A stretch of DNA of 64,000 bases from assembly GCA_951406725.2 (NCBI GenBank), contig OX597824.1, positions 90,086,001 through 90,150,000 on the forward strand, read 5' to 3'. Below the pieces are notes generated by a model. The model searched no databases and had not been told where the DNA came from. It was given only the letters and a program-made list of their open reading frames with translations. Shown piece by piece: positions 42,518-55,494 of the stretch (position 1 is its first letter; each line of letters starts with the position of its first letter). The stretch comes from Octopus vulgaris (taxonomy: Eukaryota). A program made the translations under genes and the position numbers.

Positions 42518-44029
42518 GTACTTCATCTTCGACTTCCTTTCATGTTTCCTCCTCCTCCTCCTCTGATTCTTACTCTCACTCTTGTTTTCCTCCTCTCCTC
42601 ATTCTCTCTTTTCCTTTTCCCTTTTCCCTTTCCTGAGCTGGCTGAACTGTTAACATGTTGGATAAAAATGCTTTGTTGCATTTTCTCTGGCTCTTCACAT
42701 TCTGAGTTCAAACCCTGCTGAGGTCGACTTTGTCTTTCTTTCTTTCTGGGCCAACAAAGTGAAGTATTAATCAAGTACTGGGGATGATGTAATCGACTTG
42801 CCCCACTCCCTTTGAAATTACAGGCCTTGTGCCAAAATTTGAAAGAATTATTATTGTTGTTACTTGAGATTCCATTTCCCCAGCAGTAAACACACCTTCA
42901 ATGATACATATAATATATAAGCAGTTAGGTTACTTGGCTTACAATCATAAAGGCCATGAGTTCAATTCCTGGCCACACATTGTGTCCTTGAGCAAGACAC
43001 TTTATTTTTCACATTGCTCCAATCCATTCAACTGGCAAAAATGTATTGTACCTGTAATTCAAAGTGGCCAACCTTGACACATCCTGAGGATCACATCAAT
43101 GGTATGTGTGTCTGTGGGGTACTCAGCCACTTGCCTGTTAATTCTAAGAGCAGGTGGTTCCATCGATCAGATCAACTGGAACCCTCATCGTCATAATGGA
43201 CAGAATTCCAGTTTTATTCCCTTTTGCAGAATTAGAGAGATGAAATGTATATAATTCAGATAATCTGGCGTGGGAGTGGCTGTTCGGTAAGTAGCTTGCT
43301 TCCCAACCACATGGTTCTGGGTTCAGTCCCACTGCGTGACACTATCGGCAAGTGTCTTCTACTATAGCGTCGGGCCGACCAAAACCTTGTGAGTGGATTT
43401 GGTAGACGGAAACTGAAAGAAGCCCGTCATATGTATGTATATATATGTGTGTGTTTGTGTGTCAGTGTTTGTCTCCCCAGCATTGCTTGACAACCGATGC
43501 TGGTGTGTTTACGTCCCCGTAACTTAGCAGTCCGGCAAAAGAGACCAATAAAATCAGTACTAGGCTTACAAAGAATAAGTCCTGAGGTCGATTTGCCCGA
43601 CTAAAAGACAGTGCTCCAGCATGGCCGCAGTCAAATGACTGAAACAAGTAAAAGAGTAATCTGTTTTCTACATCTAAATCCTACCTTATCCACCTTCAGT
43701 GTTCATCTCTCTCTAAGATTACTAAATCAGGTGTCAGAATTATTATACATATTTGGATTTTCTTCAGCCCTAGGACACATAAAACCAGTTACCCAGTTAC
43801 CATGGCATGTAAATGACTAAGGTCAAAACATTTGTCCGGAACTGGTGCAGTTTTCAAGGCCAGTAATTTTGAAGGGAGGGGAGAAATAAATTGCATTGAT
43901 CAGAGGAATGAAATGTAATGTTGACCTTAACACCGTTTGAACTCAGAGTATAAAGAGAAGGAAGAAATACATCTAAGCATCTTGTCAATTCACTAATGAC
44001 CCTACAAGCTTGTAATAATAATAATAATG

Positions 44030-44061
<32 letters not shown>

Positions 44062-44795
44062 TAAAAATAATAATGATAATAATCAAAAAAATGATAGGCT
44101 ACAGCAAATATTCTGCTCAATACCACAGATTTGCTTGTCAGTTGTTTGACCTTAACCAGTTGAGCATGTCCCTTAGTGGCTGACGATATGTGCATCTCTG
44201 ATCACGAGCAGAAGTAGTTGGGGAGAATCATAGCCGTGTGTTGAAAGGAATTCTTGAAGGTTTGGATAATTCACCTCTGGAAACATGGGTGTTTCATTCA
44301 TCATCCTTAAACAATCCTTTTTCAGGGACCTTTTGAGTGGGATCAGCTACTCGGCCAGAAGAAAATTCTAACTGGACCCCAGTTGCAAGGTCATGTGCTG
44401 TTTATCTTGATATGAGATCACCATGTCACGCACATATGGTTGTGATGCATGTGCCTGGTGTACCCTTATCAGACGGGTAGTCATGATGGGTATACAGGGC
44501 TTCATATATTTTACCCCAGTGTCACTTTGATGGCATGCACTGTTCTCTCACTCAATAATAATAATAATAATAATTTATAATAATCTTTCTACTATAGGCA
44601 CTAAGCCTGAAATTTTAGGGGAGGGGACTAATTGGCTACGTCGACCCCAGTGTTTCACTGGTATTTAATTTATCAACCCCGAAAGGATGAAAGGCATAGT
44701 CGACCTCAGTCGAGTTTGAACTCAGAACATAGTGACAGGTGAAATACTACTAAGCATTTCATCCAGCGTGCTAATGATTCTGCCAGCTTGCCACC

Positions 44796-44832
<37 letters not shown>

Positions 44833-45765
44833 TGATAACTAAATGACTTTTTATATATTTTTCTTGATTTTTTTTTCCCATTATTTCTAATTTTAGTTTA
44901 TTACATCTTATAATGCACATTTGTTGCAACGCTAGATATAACAGCTAATGTATTTCCATTGACCAATCTATCTACATATCTATATCTCTCTCTATCTTCC
45001 TCTGTATTTTCTGATCCCTCTCTTCTTCTCTCCCCCTTCAGCATCACCCTAATCCCGTGGCCTCTTCTTTTCTCTCTCAGCACAATTTTCCTTGATTTTT
45101 CCTTTCTAAATAAAGCAATACAGAGTTTAAAATCAAGAACCCCTCACCCACCCATCCACCCGTCCAAACCACTAAAACACCCCTGTCCTCCAGCACCACC
45201 TCCTCCATCAACAAGCATCAGCACCACCACCTCGTTCACAACCAACACCACCCCACAATCTCTATCACCTGCAACACAACACCAACATCATTATCATCAT
45301 TACTATCATCATTACCATCATCATTACCATCATCATCATCATCATCAGTGTCACCATTGTTTGTCATCATGATCATCCTCATCATCTTCGTCACCATTAT
45401 CACACCAAACCATTGCTGTCATCAGCTTCTGCCAACAACGTCATCAAAACCACCATTACCACCCTCCCTAACACCAACACCACTATCACCTACACCATTA
45501 CCACCATCACCATCACCACCACAACCACTGCCATCACCTTCAACATCTTAACCACCACCACCATCATCACCACCACTATCATCATCATCATCATCATCAT
45601 CACCACCACAACCACTGCCATCACCACCACAACCATTGCCATCATCATCACCAGTCTAACCACCACCACCACCTCAATTATACTCACCTGATGCACAACC
45701 CCTCTCACCACTGCCTCCAACTATTGCTACTCTCTATGTCAGTTTGCATGTCTTTATACTTCCAG

Positions 45766-45850
45766 AGCGAAACATCCATTACCACATGTCGTCGTTCAAC
45801 GAGAACGCCGGTTTAGGCTATTTAAAAACTCAGGCTATAGAATTTGTCAA
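45766..45850 (+). CDS. PLCB4: PLC-beta4 mutually exclusive Y-box exon A (E)[27 protein letters not shown](N)
   Basis: 85 nt, phase 1-2; U2-type TTCCAG acceptor; U12-type GTATCCTT donor. Confidence 0.96.
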
Positions 45851-45858
45851 GTATCCTT
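45851..45858 (+). other. U12 (minor spliceosome) 5' splice site GTATCCTT, exon A
   Basis: Exact match to U12 consensus RTATCCTT. Confidence 0.92.
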
Positions 45859-46075
45859 GTTCGTTCTAAACTGAAACCAGAAAAAAAAAACAAAAAAAAA
45901 AAGAAGAGAAACGAAAAAAATCAAAACTCCAATTCTACATGTTGTTGGGCCCTGATGGGAACTTAGAATGATCCAGCATTAGGAACCCTGCAAACAAACA
46001 TCAATCTGTTGATTTTGCTACCCTGGCCTTCCCTAGCACTGCTCGCTTCTCCCCCATTTTTGTTTATATATTGTA

Positions 46076-46446
46076 CTAGCACTGTGACCCGGCAACACCG
46101 GGTCATAGTGCTAGTGCATGCATATACAGCTGCGTGCGTGCTCACATACATGCGAGTACTGTCCAAATCTCTGACCAATCACCTACAGCTAGCTGGCGTT
46201 CAATTGGCGTATCAAGTTTCGGGCATTTTGATTGGGTTTTGGATAGAAAATTCACAAAAAAGTTACTTCTTTTGATTTTTTTAATGGCTTTGCTGGGTGA
46301 CTGGGGAAATGTAAAGATGTGCACGACCATCCTTGGACGGTTTTGAATGACCATAGAAAGTGCGAGCCCTCTAACTGAAAAATTGTGGATTTGTATAAAG
46401 GATACACACACACACACACATATTTTGTCGTTTATATATAGAGAGA
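46076..46446 (-). mobile_element. Helitron-like non-autonomous element with strong terminal hairpin
   Basis: CTAGCACTGTGACCCGG-caaca-CCGGGTCATAGTGCTAG hairpin at the CTAG end; TCTCTATATA at the other end. Confidence 0.55.
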
Positions 46447-46564
46447 TATCTAGGTATTATGTGTGTGTGTGTCTGTGTGTGCACGTGTGTGAGTGTGTGC
46501 ACTTTTAATAGGTAGACCCCCTTGATTCAAACACAAAGCTTTACAGCAGTTCATAAAACAGGTT

Positions 46565-46608
46565 GAACCAACTAGTTTCGTTTTTAATTAAAACCTCATC
46601 AGGGATTC
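46565..46608 (-). ncRNA. Minimal hammerhead motif (antisense)
   Basis: Reverse complement gaatcc-CTGATGA-g-gtttt aatta aaaac-GAAACTAGTT-ggttc; palindromic ACTAGT helix III. Confidence 0.5.
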
Positions 46609-46738
46609 TTTGCATCTGTTTTACAAGCTGCAGAGAGAATACAGCACTTACTGTTTATTGAAAGGTAAATATTGTTGTGCCAGGTATTAATAACCAGAGT
46701 CACAAAGCAGCACAGGTCTTAGATGTGTGTGTATTTTG

Positions 46739-46777
<39 letters not shown>

Positions 46778-47257
46778 TATGTATGTACATGAGTAAGCAC
46801 ATAAATGCGAAACAAGGTGGGAAAAAAATTAGTACTCAAATGCCACAGGTAGAGTAATGTGTTTTGTTTTTATTATTAAAGCTGCAAAACCATCACAAAA
46901 TCTGCTACTCAGAGTTTTATATCCTCATTCGTCAGGCAGCTGCAATCAAGAATCTTTATTGCAACAGCCCAACGAAAAGGAACATGACACTTTGAGTAGC
47001 AGTTTTTGTGATGTTTTTGCAGCTTTGATAATAAAAAATATATATATATATGTATGTATATATAGCTAAAAATGGTAAGACAACAAAAGAATGAAAGAGA
47101 CCTCGATATTATGTAAAATAAAGGAATTTATCTGTAAATATAATATGTGACAATTATTCGGTAGCCATGATAAAACTCCGAGTTTCGGATGTTGAGGTGG
47201 AAATCCACACTGCCATCGGAAAAAATGCTATGAAAAAAAAACAGAAAAAAAAGGCTG

Positions 47258-47318
47258 GATAACTGAAGAGATGGCGGCGTGAATTTCCACCTTGGCATCT
47301 GAAACTCAGAGTTTTATC
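47258..47318 (+). ncRNA. Type I hammerhead motif within inverted repeat ~47130-47355
   Basis: gataa-CTGAAGA-gatg...catc-t-GAAACTCAGAGTT-ttatc; stems I, II and III all pair. Confidence 0.55.
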
Positions 47319-47353
47319 ATGGCTACCGAATAATTGTCACATATTACGTTTAC

Positions 47354-47392
<39 letters not shown>

Positions 47393-48672
47393 ATACAAGA
47401 AGATGGAATGAATAGGCTTTAATCCAAATCCCTATATTCATTTCTGTGCATCAATATCAGCTGGTAATACTGAGTGTTTCACATATTAAACACATTATTG
47501 CATTGATAAGATTCAGCAATAAGCATGGACCTGCATGACTTCATGTGGGTTGGGTCGACCTTTACCCTGTAAGCAAAATAGCGCAGGTAGAAGCTGTGCA
47601 GAGGGCCTTTGATAAACCTATAGGTGTGTGTGTTCACATGTAATGGGAAAAAAACCCAATGCAGCCAAAAATTGGTTGCAGCATTTAATTCAGTATTGGT
47701 CACTTCTCTCTGTAGTTGATTCATTTTGTCTTTCATTGTCCAGCAAGATCAGTGAAATCAGTGCCAGACAAAGTACTGGACAGAGAGGTCATCATAATTG
47801 TTAACCACCCCACATCAGTATTTGAAGGCAGTTACCTGTAACTGCTTTCCTTTAGCCCCAAAATCATTGCAGTTGCTTGTTGGGTCAGGACAACAAATAA
47901 TGGTGATGTAGCAACACCAATTTTACAGTAAGGATTCCACCTACCTATCTGGGTACTTTGTGGCCTAACAACCTATTTATAAATTTATCTACCTACCTAC
48001 CAACCTACTTACCTACCTACCTAACTACCTACCTACCTACCTACCTCTCTTTTTCTCTCCCCTTATTGCCACAACTTCTGTACCCCAAAAACAACCATCT
48101 TCCCGGTAGAAAACTGTTCCACAGGTCCAGAAATACTAAGGAATTGAGACAGGATTTGATGGAGTGACAAGGGACATTTTAGATTTCATTCCCCTTTCTA
48201 CCGAGAACAGGTCTTGTTCTAGAATATTAGAGGCTGTTTCAAGTTAATTAATTAATCAATTAATTAATTGATTGATTAATTAATTAATCCATTAAAACAA
48301 TGGTCTGATTTTTAACTAAATTGTCAACCTTTAACTTCCATCTCCTCCAGAGCCAGTAAATAATTAAAGGTAATGCAGTCAATAGTTACAGGTAATTAGC
48401 ATTATGTCTAGTTAAAAAAAAAACAACAACAGAAGATATTCATTATCATTGTTACTGATGTTGTTGTTATTGTTTCTGTTGGATTTCTTTTAACAACTTT
48501 GAAAATATTTTGTGAATTTTAATTTTGTTATTTTTGCTATTAATCTAACTTGTTTTCTTTTGATATTAATTTAAATGTAATATTTTAAATTTGTTTTTAA
48601 AACATACCATATATTACAATCAATATGCATACACACTCATACACATCTGTGCAGGTATATACATACCCACCC

Positions 48673-48724
<52 letters not shown>

Positions 48725-49496
48725 GCACACACACACACAGAGACAGAGACAGAGGATAGTAAGAAAATATAGGCCTCACCTTTATGGTAGTTGGAGTTGC
48801 AGGTTCTGCTTGGCTGAGAAGAGGATCATACTAAAGAACTCTTTTCACCCAGGCACCTATCTTAATCGTAGGAGCGAAATTTTCTAATCCTGTCCACATG
48901 AGTGCAGGTTTGTCTTAGCATACTGGTTAGCAACATCTCAGCTATTTCCCCCATCTAAAATCTGAGGAATAAATATAAGACTTGCTACATCCATTTGTGG
49001 TACATGTACATACATAAATACATATTGACTACCTCCGCAACCATCTCCCATCCCTATTCACTCCACTTGACTACATGACTCTTCTCTTACCTGGTCCAGC
49101 CCCAACCTACAAGTAAGTATCCAACATACTATGATGGGCTTTTTTTCCAGATCTCAATCCAAGGGATGTAACTCTGGTGAACTAAAAAGTTTTTCTCCCT
49201 CGGTTCCAAACAGGACAATTTCATTCTGGATTTTACAGCAGATATAAAAACAGCTGAATGGATGTGGCACATTCAGACTTCCAGAAGGAAAAGCGATTGC
49301 ACCAAGCTATTCCTTACAGCCTTTTCTGATGATTGTTGGGCTGACCAAAGCCTTGTGAGTGGATTTGGTAGATGGAAATTGAAAGAAGCCCATCGTATAT
49401 ATATATATATACAAATCATCTGTGTCGTTGTTCAGCATGAAAATGCCAAACTCTCATCCGTCGTCTAATGAGGGGAGAGTCCATTTTATTTTTAAA

Positions 49497-49892
49497 CTAG
49501 CAGTATTGCTCGGCGTTGCTCGGGTTTGTTTCGACCCTTTAGAATTAGAATTTTTGGAAAGTAAAAATTTTGCATTATGTAGCTTGTTATTCTCTTTAAG
49601 TGAACATTTTTCTGGTTGAAATACACCAAAAAATGGTGACACAGCAATCAAAAAATCGTAAAAAAATAGGGATTTTCATAGAAAAAAAGGCACCTTTTTG
49701 ATGTAAATAATTTTTGGTGTTAACATGGTCCGATTTGAATTTTTTCTTCTACAGAAGGAAGAGCAAGCCTTCTTCTATCATACTCTCAATTTTGGTCAAC
49801 TTGTGCCGCAGGGTCTCAGAGGAGATAGTGTTAGTTGAAGGCTACCAAACCTGCCACACACACACAGACAACTTCAGCTTTATATATATAGA
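49497..49892 (-). mobile_element. Non-autonomous Helitron-like element
   Basis: 3' end (ACAAACCCGAGCAACGCCGAGCAATACTGCTAG) shared with 9107-9502; TCTATATA 5' end. Confidence 0.7.
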
Positions 49893-50630
49893 TATATCAC
49901 ATGATCACATGTTCAATAAAGCTGTTAGTTGTTGTTAAATATCACTCGACACCAGCTTTACACCATTTTAGCCTTTAAATGATGCCACCCCACTAGCCAG
50001 GCAAGCAGGCCAAAATTGCCCTCTGATTGAAAGGAGACTGCAGCAACACGAAATGAAACATTTGGCTCAAGAACACAACATGCTACCCAGTCACGGAATT
50101 GAACCTGTGATCTACTGATTATGAGTGCGATAGCCTAACCACTAGGCCACACGCCTTCACACACACACAAACATACACACACATGCATGCACAAACATAC
50201 ACATGTCCATATATTTGTTTGTTCAGCGTGTAGAAGTGTGGACATTGTCCAGAGTCACACAGTGTCTGGACACTGTCTGTGCTTCAAGAGACATTTGACC
50301 GTTTATAGAAGCAATCCAACTACACACATACACACTCCTTCTCTCTCTCCTTCTCTCTCTCCTTCTCTCTCTCTCCATCTCTCTCTGTCTCTCTCTGTCT
50401 CTCTCTCTCTCTCTCTCATCTCTCTGCATCTTTCTATCATGTTTGTGTTTTTTTTTTCTCACTACTCTTACCATTGATGTTGCTGCTAATTATTAATGTC
50501 GTTGTTCTTGTTGTTGTTGCATGAATCATTGTTTTTTTTTTGTGTTTCTGTTGTGTTTTTATTTATTTTCACTTCTTTTTGGTGTCGTTTTTTTCTTTTC
50601 TTCTTTTTTTCTTTTGGTTTTATTTGCAAG

Positions 50631-50715
50631 CTAGAAGACTTCATTACAACATGTCTTCGTTCAACGAGAACGCAGGACTGAGTCTCATCAAACACAGCTG
50701 CTTGGATTTTGTCGA
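50631..50715 (+). CDS. PLCB4: PLC-beta4 mutually exclusive Y-box exon B (A)[27 protein letters not shown](D)
   Basis: Same length (85 nt) and phase as exon A; 16/29 residues identical; synonymous changes in [10 protein letters not shown]; long T tract + AAG acceptor; GTATCCTT donor. Confidence 0.9.
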
Positions 50716-50723
50716 GTATCCTT
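50716..50723 (+). other. U12 5' splice site GTATCCTT, exon B
   Basis: Exact U12 consensus; first 11 intron nt identical to those after exon A. Confidence 0.9.
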
Positions 50724-51942
50724 GTTGTATTGTGCTCCGTCTGTCCATCCGTCCATCCTTCTGTCCATTTGTTTGTGTGTCTATATCTGGTGGTGGAGTG
50801 GCGAGGGGGACAAAGATGATGCATAGTGTTAATTGTGTGGGGTGGGGAGTAGAGGGTGCAGCTTTGAATCATATTCTTGGCCCCTTAACAATTAAACCAG
50901 ACGTAACTGGGTCAAACCCTTTTTTGTTTTATGCTAATACTGACCAGATTCGACCTCGCGTACCTATCCTGCAATGTTGTTCTAAAAAGGTGCAATCGCA
51001 TCATTGAAATCTTGAAGCTACAAGATAATCCATGATTAGTTCAAAACAATGTAGATAAACAAGGATTATATCTAACTGGGTAATCTGACTGCTGAAAGGT
51101 TAGGGACCAAATTCATGTCTGAGAGTCCAAAGATAGCATTTAAGGAATTCTACCCATGACCATCCCTTTTACTATTCTAGACTCCTAGATGTACAGATGA
51201 CTGTGTGGTTAAGAAGTTTGCTTTTCAACCACATGGTTCCAGGATCAATCACTGACAGAGTTCTTGAGACAAGTGCCTCTAGCGGTGATCCAAGGGCAAT
51301 TAATGTGGAGTCACGTGTATTTTCTAGCACTACACCTGCCCAGGTTTGGAAAAGAGTTGTTATATGTTAAGAGAAGAAGAAAAATAAAGGATCAAAGATA
51401 AGCTAAACTTTTGATCACACTTGTTGCCATCTTCAGAGCATGATCAGATGTGCATCTGATCAAGGTACCAAAGTTAATGTGTTAGAAAGTGATTGGTTCA
51501 ATTCAGAGATCAATACCTCCAAATCTATTCCATATTGTTACGAACATCTTATTTGTGGGTTAATTGATAAGAGTGTTCATATTGTGAGTTTACATCTAAA
51601 GGTTCTTAGTTCAATCTCAAGTGGGACTGTGTACACAGCATGTGATATGACACTTGGTGCGTTAGTGCTTGAATTGACAAAAACATTAATTTGTTTAGTT
51701 TAGAAGTAAAGATTCTTTGCAGGCTATATGGAAACCCCACTGGGGCTGGTGCCACATAAAAAGCACTGATGCTGGTGTGATGTAAAATGCACCCTGAACA
51801 CTCTGTAAAGTGGTTGGCATTAGGAAAGGCATCCAGGCATAGAAGCCTTGCCAAAACTGACACTGGACTACAATACAGTCCTTAGGAACATTGCATCCTG
51901 TTGAAACAGCCAACCAGTGACAGAATGGGAAACAATTATCGA

Positions 51943-51974
<32 letters not shown>

Positions 51975-54276
51975 GATGATGATTTAGTAAGTCAAGGATT
52001 ACATTAGCTGCTGTGTGCTTCTCTCTGTAAAGTAGGCAGGATATGGTTTGAGGAAGATTTGATTTCTTGCAGGTTGAGCAACTATGTACGGGTGCTGGGT
52101 GCCGTTGTTAGTTCACGTGCATATCGATGCATGCACGTACAAGACAGAGAGGGAGGAGAGAGGGGGGGTATTTGAATTCAAACGAAATTATATAACACCA
52201 CCACCACTATTTCTGTTGTTTCTGTGTAAATATTGTCCTGTAAAACTATTACTACTGCTACCACTGGTAGTAGTAGATGTAGTAGTAGTGGTAGTAGTAG
52301 TAGTAGCGATATTGTAATTATATTAATTAATATTTGTTGTATAATCATTTATTTGCTTCTGAATTGTTTTGTTTTATTTTATTTTATTTTAATATTCTCA
52401 TATTTTTGTTTGGGGGCTTTTTTGTGATTTTTATTATTTTAATTTTAATTTATTTTTGTGTTTATTTATTAACTCATATTGCTGGTGTTATGTTGTGAGT
52501 TGTATTTTACAGTGATATCAAAGTGTTTTTGCTATTTGTTAACCAATACTACCTTCTGCCCATTCTTCAAACAAGCATTATAATCCTTTATTTGATGTGT
52601 ATACATGTGTGTTGAAAAATATATATACATATATAGTAAAAGTTGTAGCTGTATGGTAAGTAGCTTGCTTCCTAACCACATGGTTCCGGGTTCAGTCCTA
52701 CAGTGTGACACCTTGGGTAAGTGTCTTCCACTATAGCCTTGGGCCGAGCAAAGCCTTGTGAGTGGATTTGGTAGACGGAAACTGAAAGAAACCCATCGTA
52801 TATATATATATGTTTGTGTGTCAGTGTTTATCCCCCAGCAGTTGTCAAGTGATGTTGGGGAAACAAAAAAACAAACACACACATACATACATACATACAT
52901 ACATATATATGTATGATGGGCTTCTTTCAGTTTCTGTCTACCAAAACCACTCACAAGGCATTGGTCGGCCCAAGGCTATAGTAGAAGACACTTACTTACC
53001 CAAGATGTCACGCTGTGGGACTGAACCTGGAACCATGTGGTTGGGAAACAAGCTACTTACCAAACAGCCACACCTGCGCCTATACTCTCACGCACACAGA
53101 AACCAATTTAACTTCAAATTACATACCAACTAACCAAATAACTCCATGTGTTTTCCTGTATGTTTGAAGGGAAATGATGAAATTATGAAAAGCACCAGTG
53201 TTATAGTCCACATATCATTTGACTGAAATCCACAGCTGGATATGTCATATAGTACATCATAGAAAACCATAAAGCAGATAGTTTGCTCATAAAATATTTA
53301 GTTACACCATCATTAACAAACAATAATAATTAGTTATTTATAATGTAAATTATATGATTCAATTGCATTGTCAAATCTTCAGAGATTCATAATTCTCATT
53401 CTTAATTTGTAAAATTAGTAATGAAAATTACGAATCTCTGATGATTTGACAACTTTAGTTTAGGAATGGAGGTCTTGGTATTGTATTTCTTCCTTCATAA
53501 GGCATTTCAACAATACATGGTTCATATCTATCATGAATACACTGGACTGGTGACAGTGTTGCTATCAGTGGACAATGTAACTGGATGATATAATTTATAT
53601 AATGTATAGCTAATTATCATTCTTTGTTAATGAAATGTGTGTAAGATGATGTAACTGAATATCTGAATGAGGTGATTGACTGTGGCTGTTTGGGATGCTA
53701 ACAATTTGGCACGGCTGACTGGATATTGAACCTGTTTGAGCCACAGTACTTTTTGGTACTGGAGGCAAACAGAGAGAGAGAGAGAGAGGAAGGTGCAGTA
53801 ATATAATCGGATGTCAAGTAAGTCATCATTGACTCAGCAATGCCAAATGAATGGTACCAAAATGCTTCATACCCAATGCATAGATCATTGTTGATGTCAA
53901 AAATGGATAAACTGATGCTTTCCAAGAAATATATCATGCTTCTTTAAGTCTCCCTTCAGAAATATAATGGACCAGTGATTGGCTCACAGGAGATTTATAA
54001 CTTACAAGATTACTGCTCTCAAAAGAGGGAAATAAGCTAGAGAAGAATATAAATGGATGTGAATGTGTGACTATATATTTATGTATTTATGTGTGTGTGT
54101 ATATAAATGTGTGCACATGCATGCACACACACACACACATATATATATAGAGAGAGAAAGAGCATAATAGGAGATATATGTATATGTGTGTATATATGTA
54201 TGTATGTATGTGTGTAAATTTATATATTTATGAATATTTATACATACATACACATATATATATATAATAAAAAAAT

Positions 54277-54315
<39 letters not shown>

Positions 54316-54448
54316 TACACACGTATATATATTTTGTCAGGCATGCTAATGATTCAACACTCTCACCACTTTAATAATAATAATAATAATAATAATAATA
54401 GTAATAACAATAATAATAACAATAATAATAATAATAATTTTGTTGTTT

Positions 54449-54676
54449 TCTGGGGAGAGTCATTTTATTTTAATGCCTTGTTAATTAACACACTCTCAGG
54501 TTCAATTTCCACTCATTTACTTATTTATTTATTTTTGTTGCTTCTTGCAACGTCTTCATGCAAGAAGCATCGAAAATTTTAGAAAAAAAAAAGGAAAAAA
54601 AGAAGTAAATGAGTGGAAATTGAACCTGTGAGTGTGTTAATTAACAAGGCAGTAAAACAGAATGACTCTCCCCAGA
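54449..54676. repeat. Inverted repeat, ~70-bp arms
   Basis: CTGGGGAGAGTCATT...CCACTCATTTACTT / AAGTAAATGAGTGG...AATGACTCTCCCCAG. Confidence 0.85.
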
Positions 54677-55030
54677 CACAATAAAATATGCTTCAACACA
54701 GGCGTTCATGTAAAGAATCTTGCAAACCAGGTACAAAAACGAAATAATAACAACAACAGTTTCAAACTTTGGCACAAGGCCAGCAAGTTCAGGGGTGGAG
54801 GTATATCAATTACATCGGCCCCAGTATGCAACTGGTATATATTTTATCGACCCTGAAAGGATGAAAGGCAAAGTCAACCTCTGTGGAATTTGAACTCAAA
54901 ATGCTGCTGAGCGTTTTGCTTGACATGCTAACAATTCTACCAGCTCACCACCTTAATAATAATAATAATAGTAATAATAATAATAATGATAATTCAAAAT
55001 CCTTTTGAAGTACTTCATTTACTCAAGAAC

Positions 55031-55494
55031 TAAGGAAACAGAAAATGTGTCATGGCCAACTGGAAACGGTGTTTCCTGGGGCTAAATAGCAATAGCATTC
55101 TTCCCTTTTATGGGACTGTCACATTAAGTTGACAACATACCATCGCTTTATCGTGCTGCTACTGTATAAATCTCTTGGAGAGATTTAGAAATGTATTATT
55201 TCTATTTTCGAAATCAGTGAATGTATTTCACTAGAAACATATGTTTCAAAGGTGGGTAGTCATTGACAGCTAGCTAGCCATGCTACTCCAGACTGATGAT
55301 GAGCAATGACTCTGAAACTAGTCTCTGAGTGCTGGCTTTTGCTGGGTGGAGGTGTTTATCTCCCCTTTGAAAACATAAGGACACAGAAAATGTGTCATGG
55401 CCAGCTGGAAACGGTGTTTCCTGGGGCTAAATAACAGTAGCATTCTTCCCTTTCATGGGACTGTCACATTAAGTTGACAACATGCCATCACTTT
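55031..55494 (+). mobile_element. ~1.3 units of a 345-bp tandem element with an internal hammerhead (retrozyme/Penelope-LTR-like)
   Basis: ~119-bp direct repeat at 55031 and 55376; hammerhead motif at 55289-55327. Confidence 0.55.

Noticed and set aside
45240-45720. (CAC/CAT)n tract before exon A as a Nova cluster
   Set aside because: A similar tract precedes constitutive exon 5740 and such repeats are common in this window; not specific.
50540-51007. 155-aa ORF as a separate gene or processed pseudogene
   Set aside because: PLC similarity is confined exactly to the 85-nt exon between splice signals.
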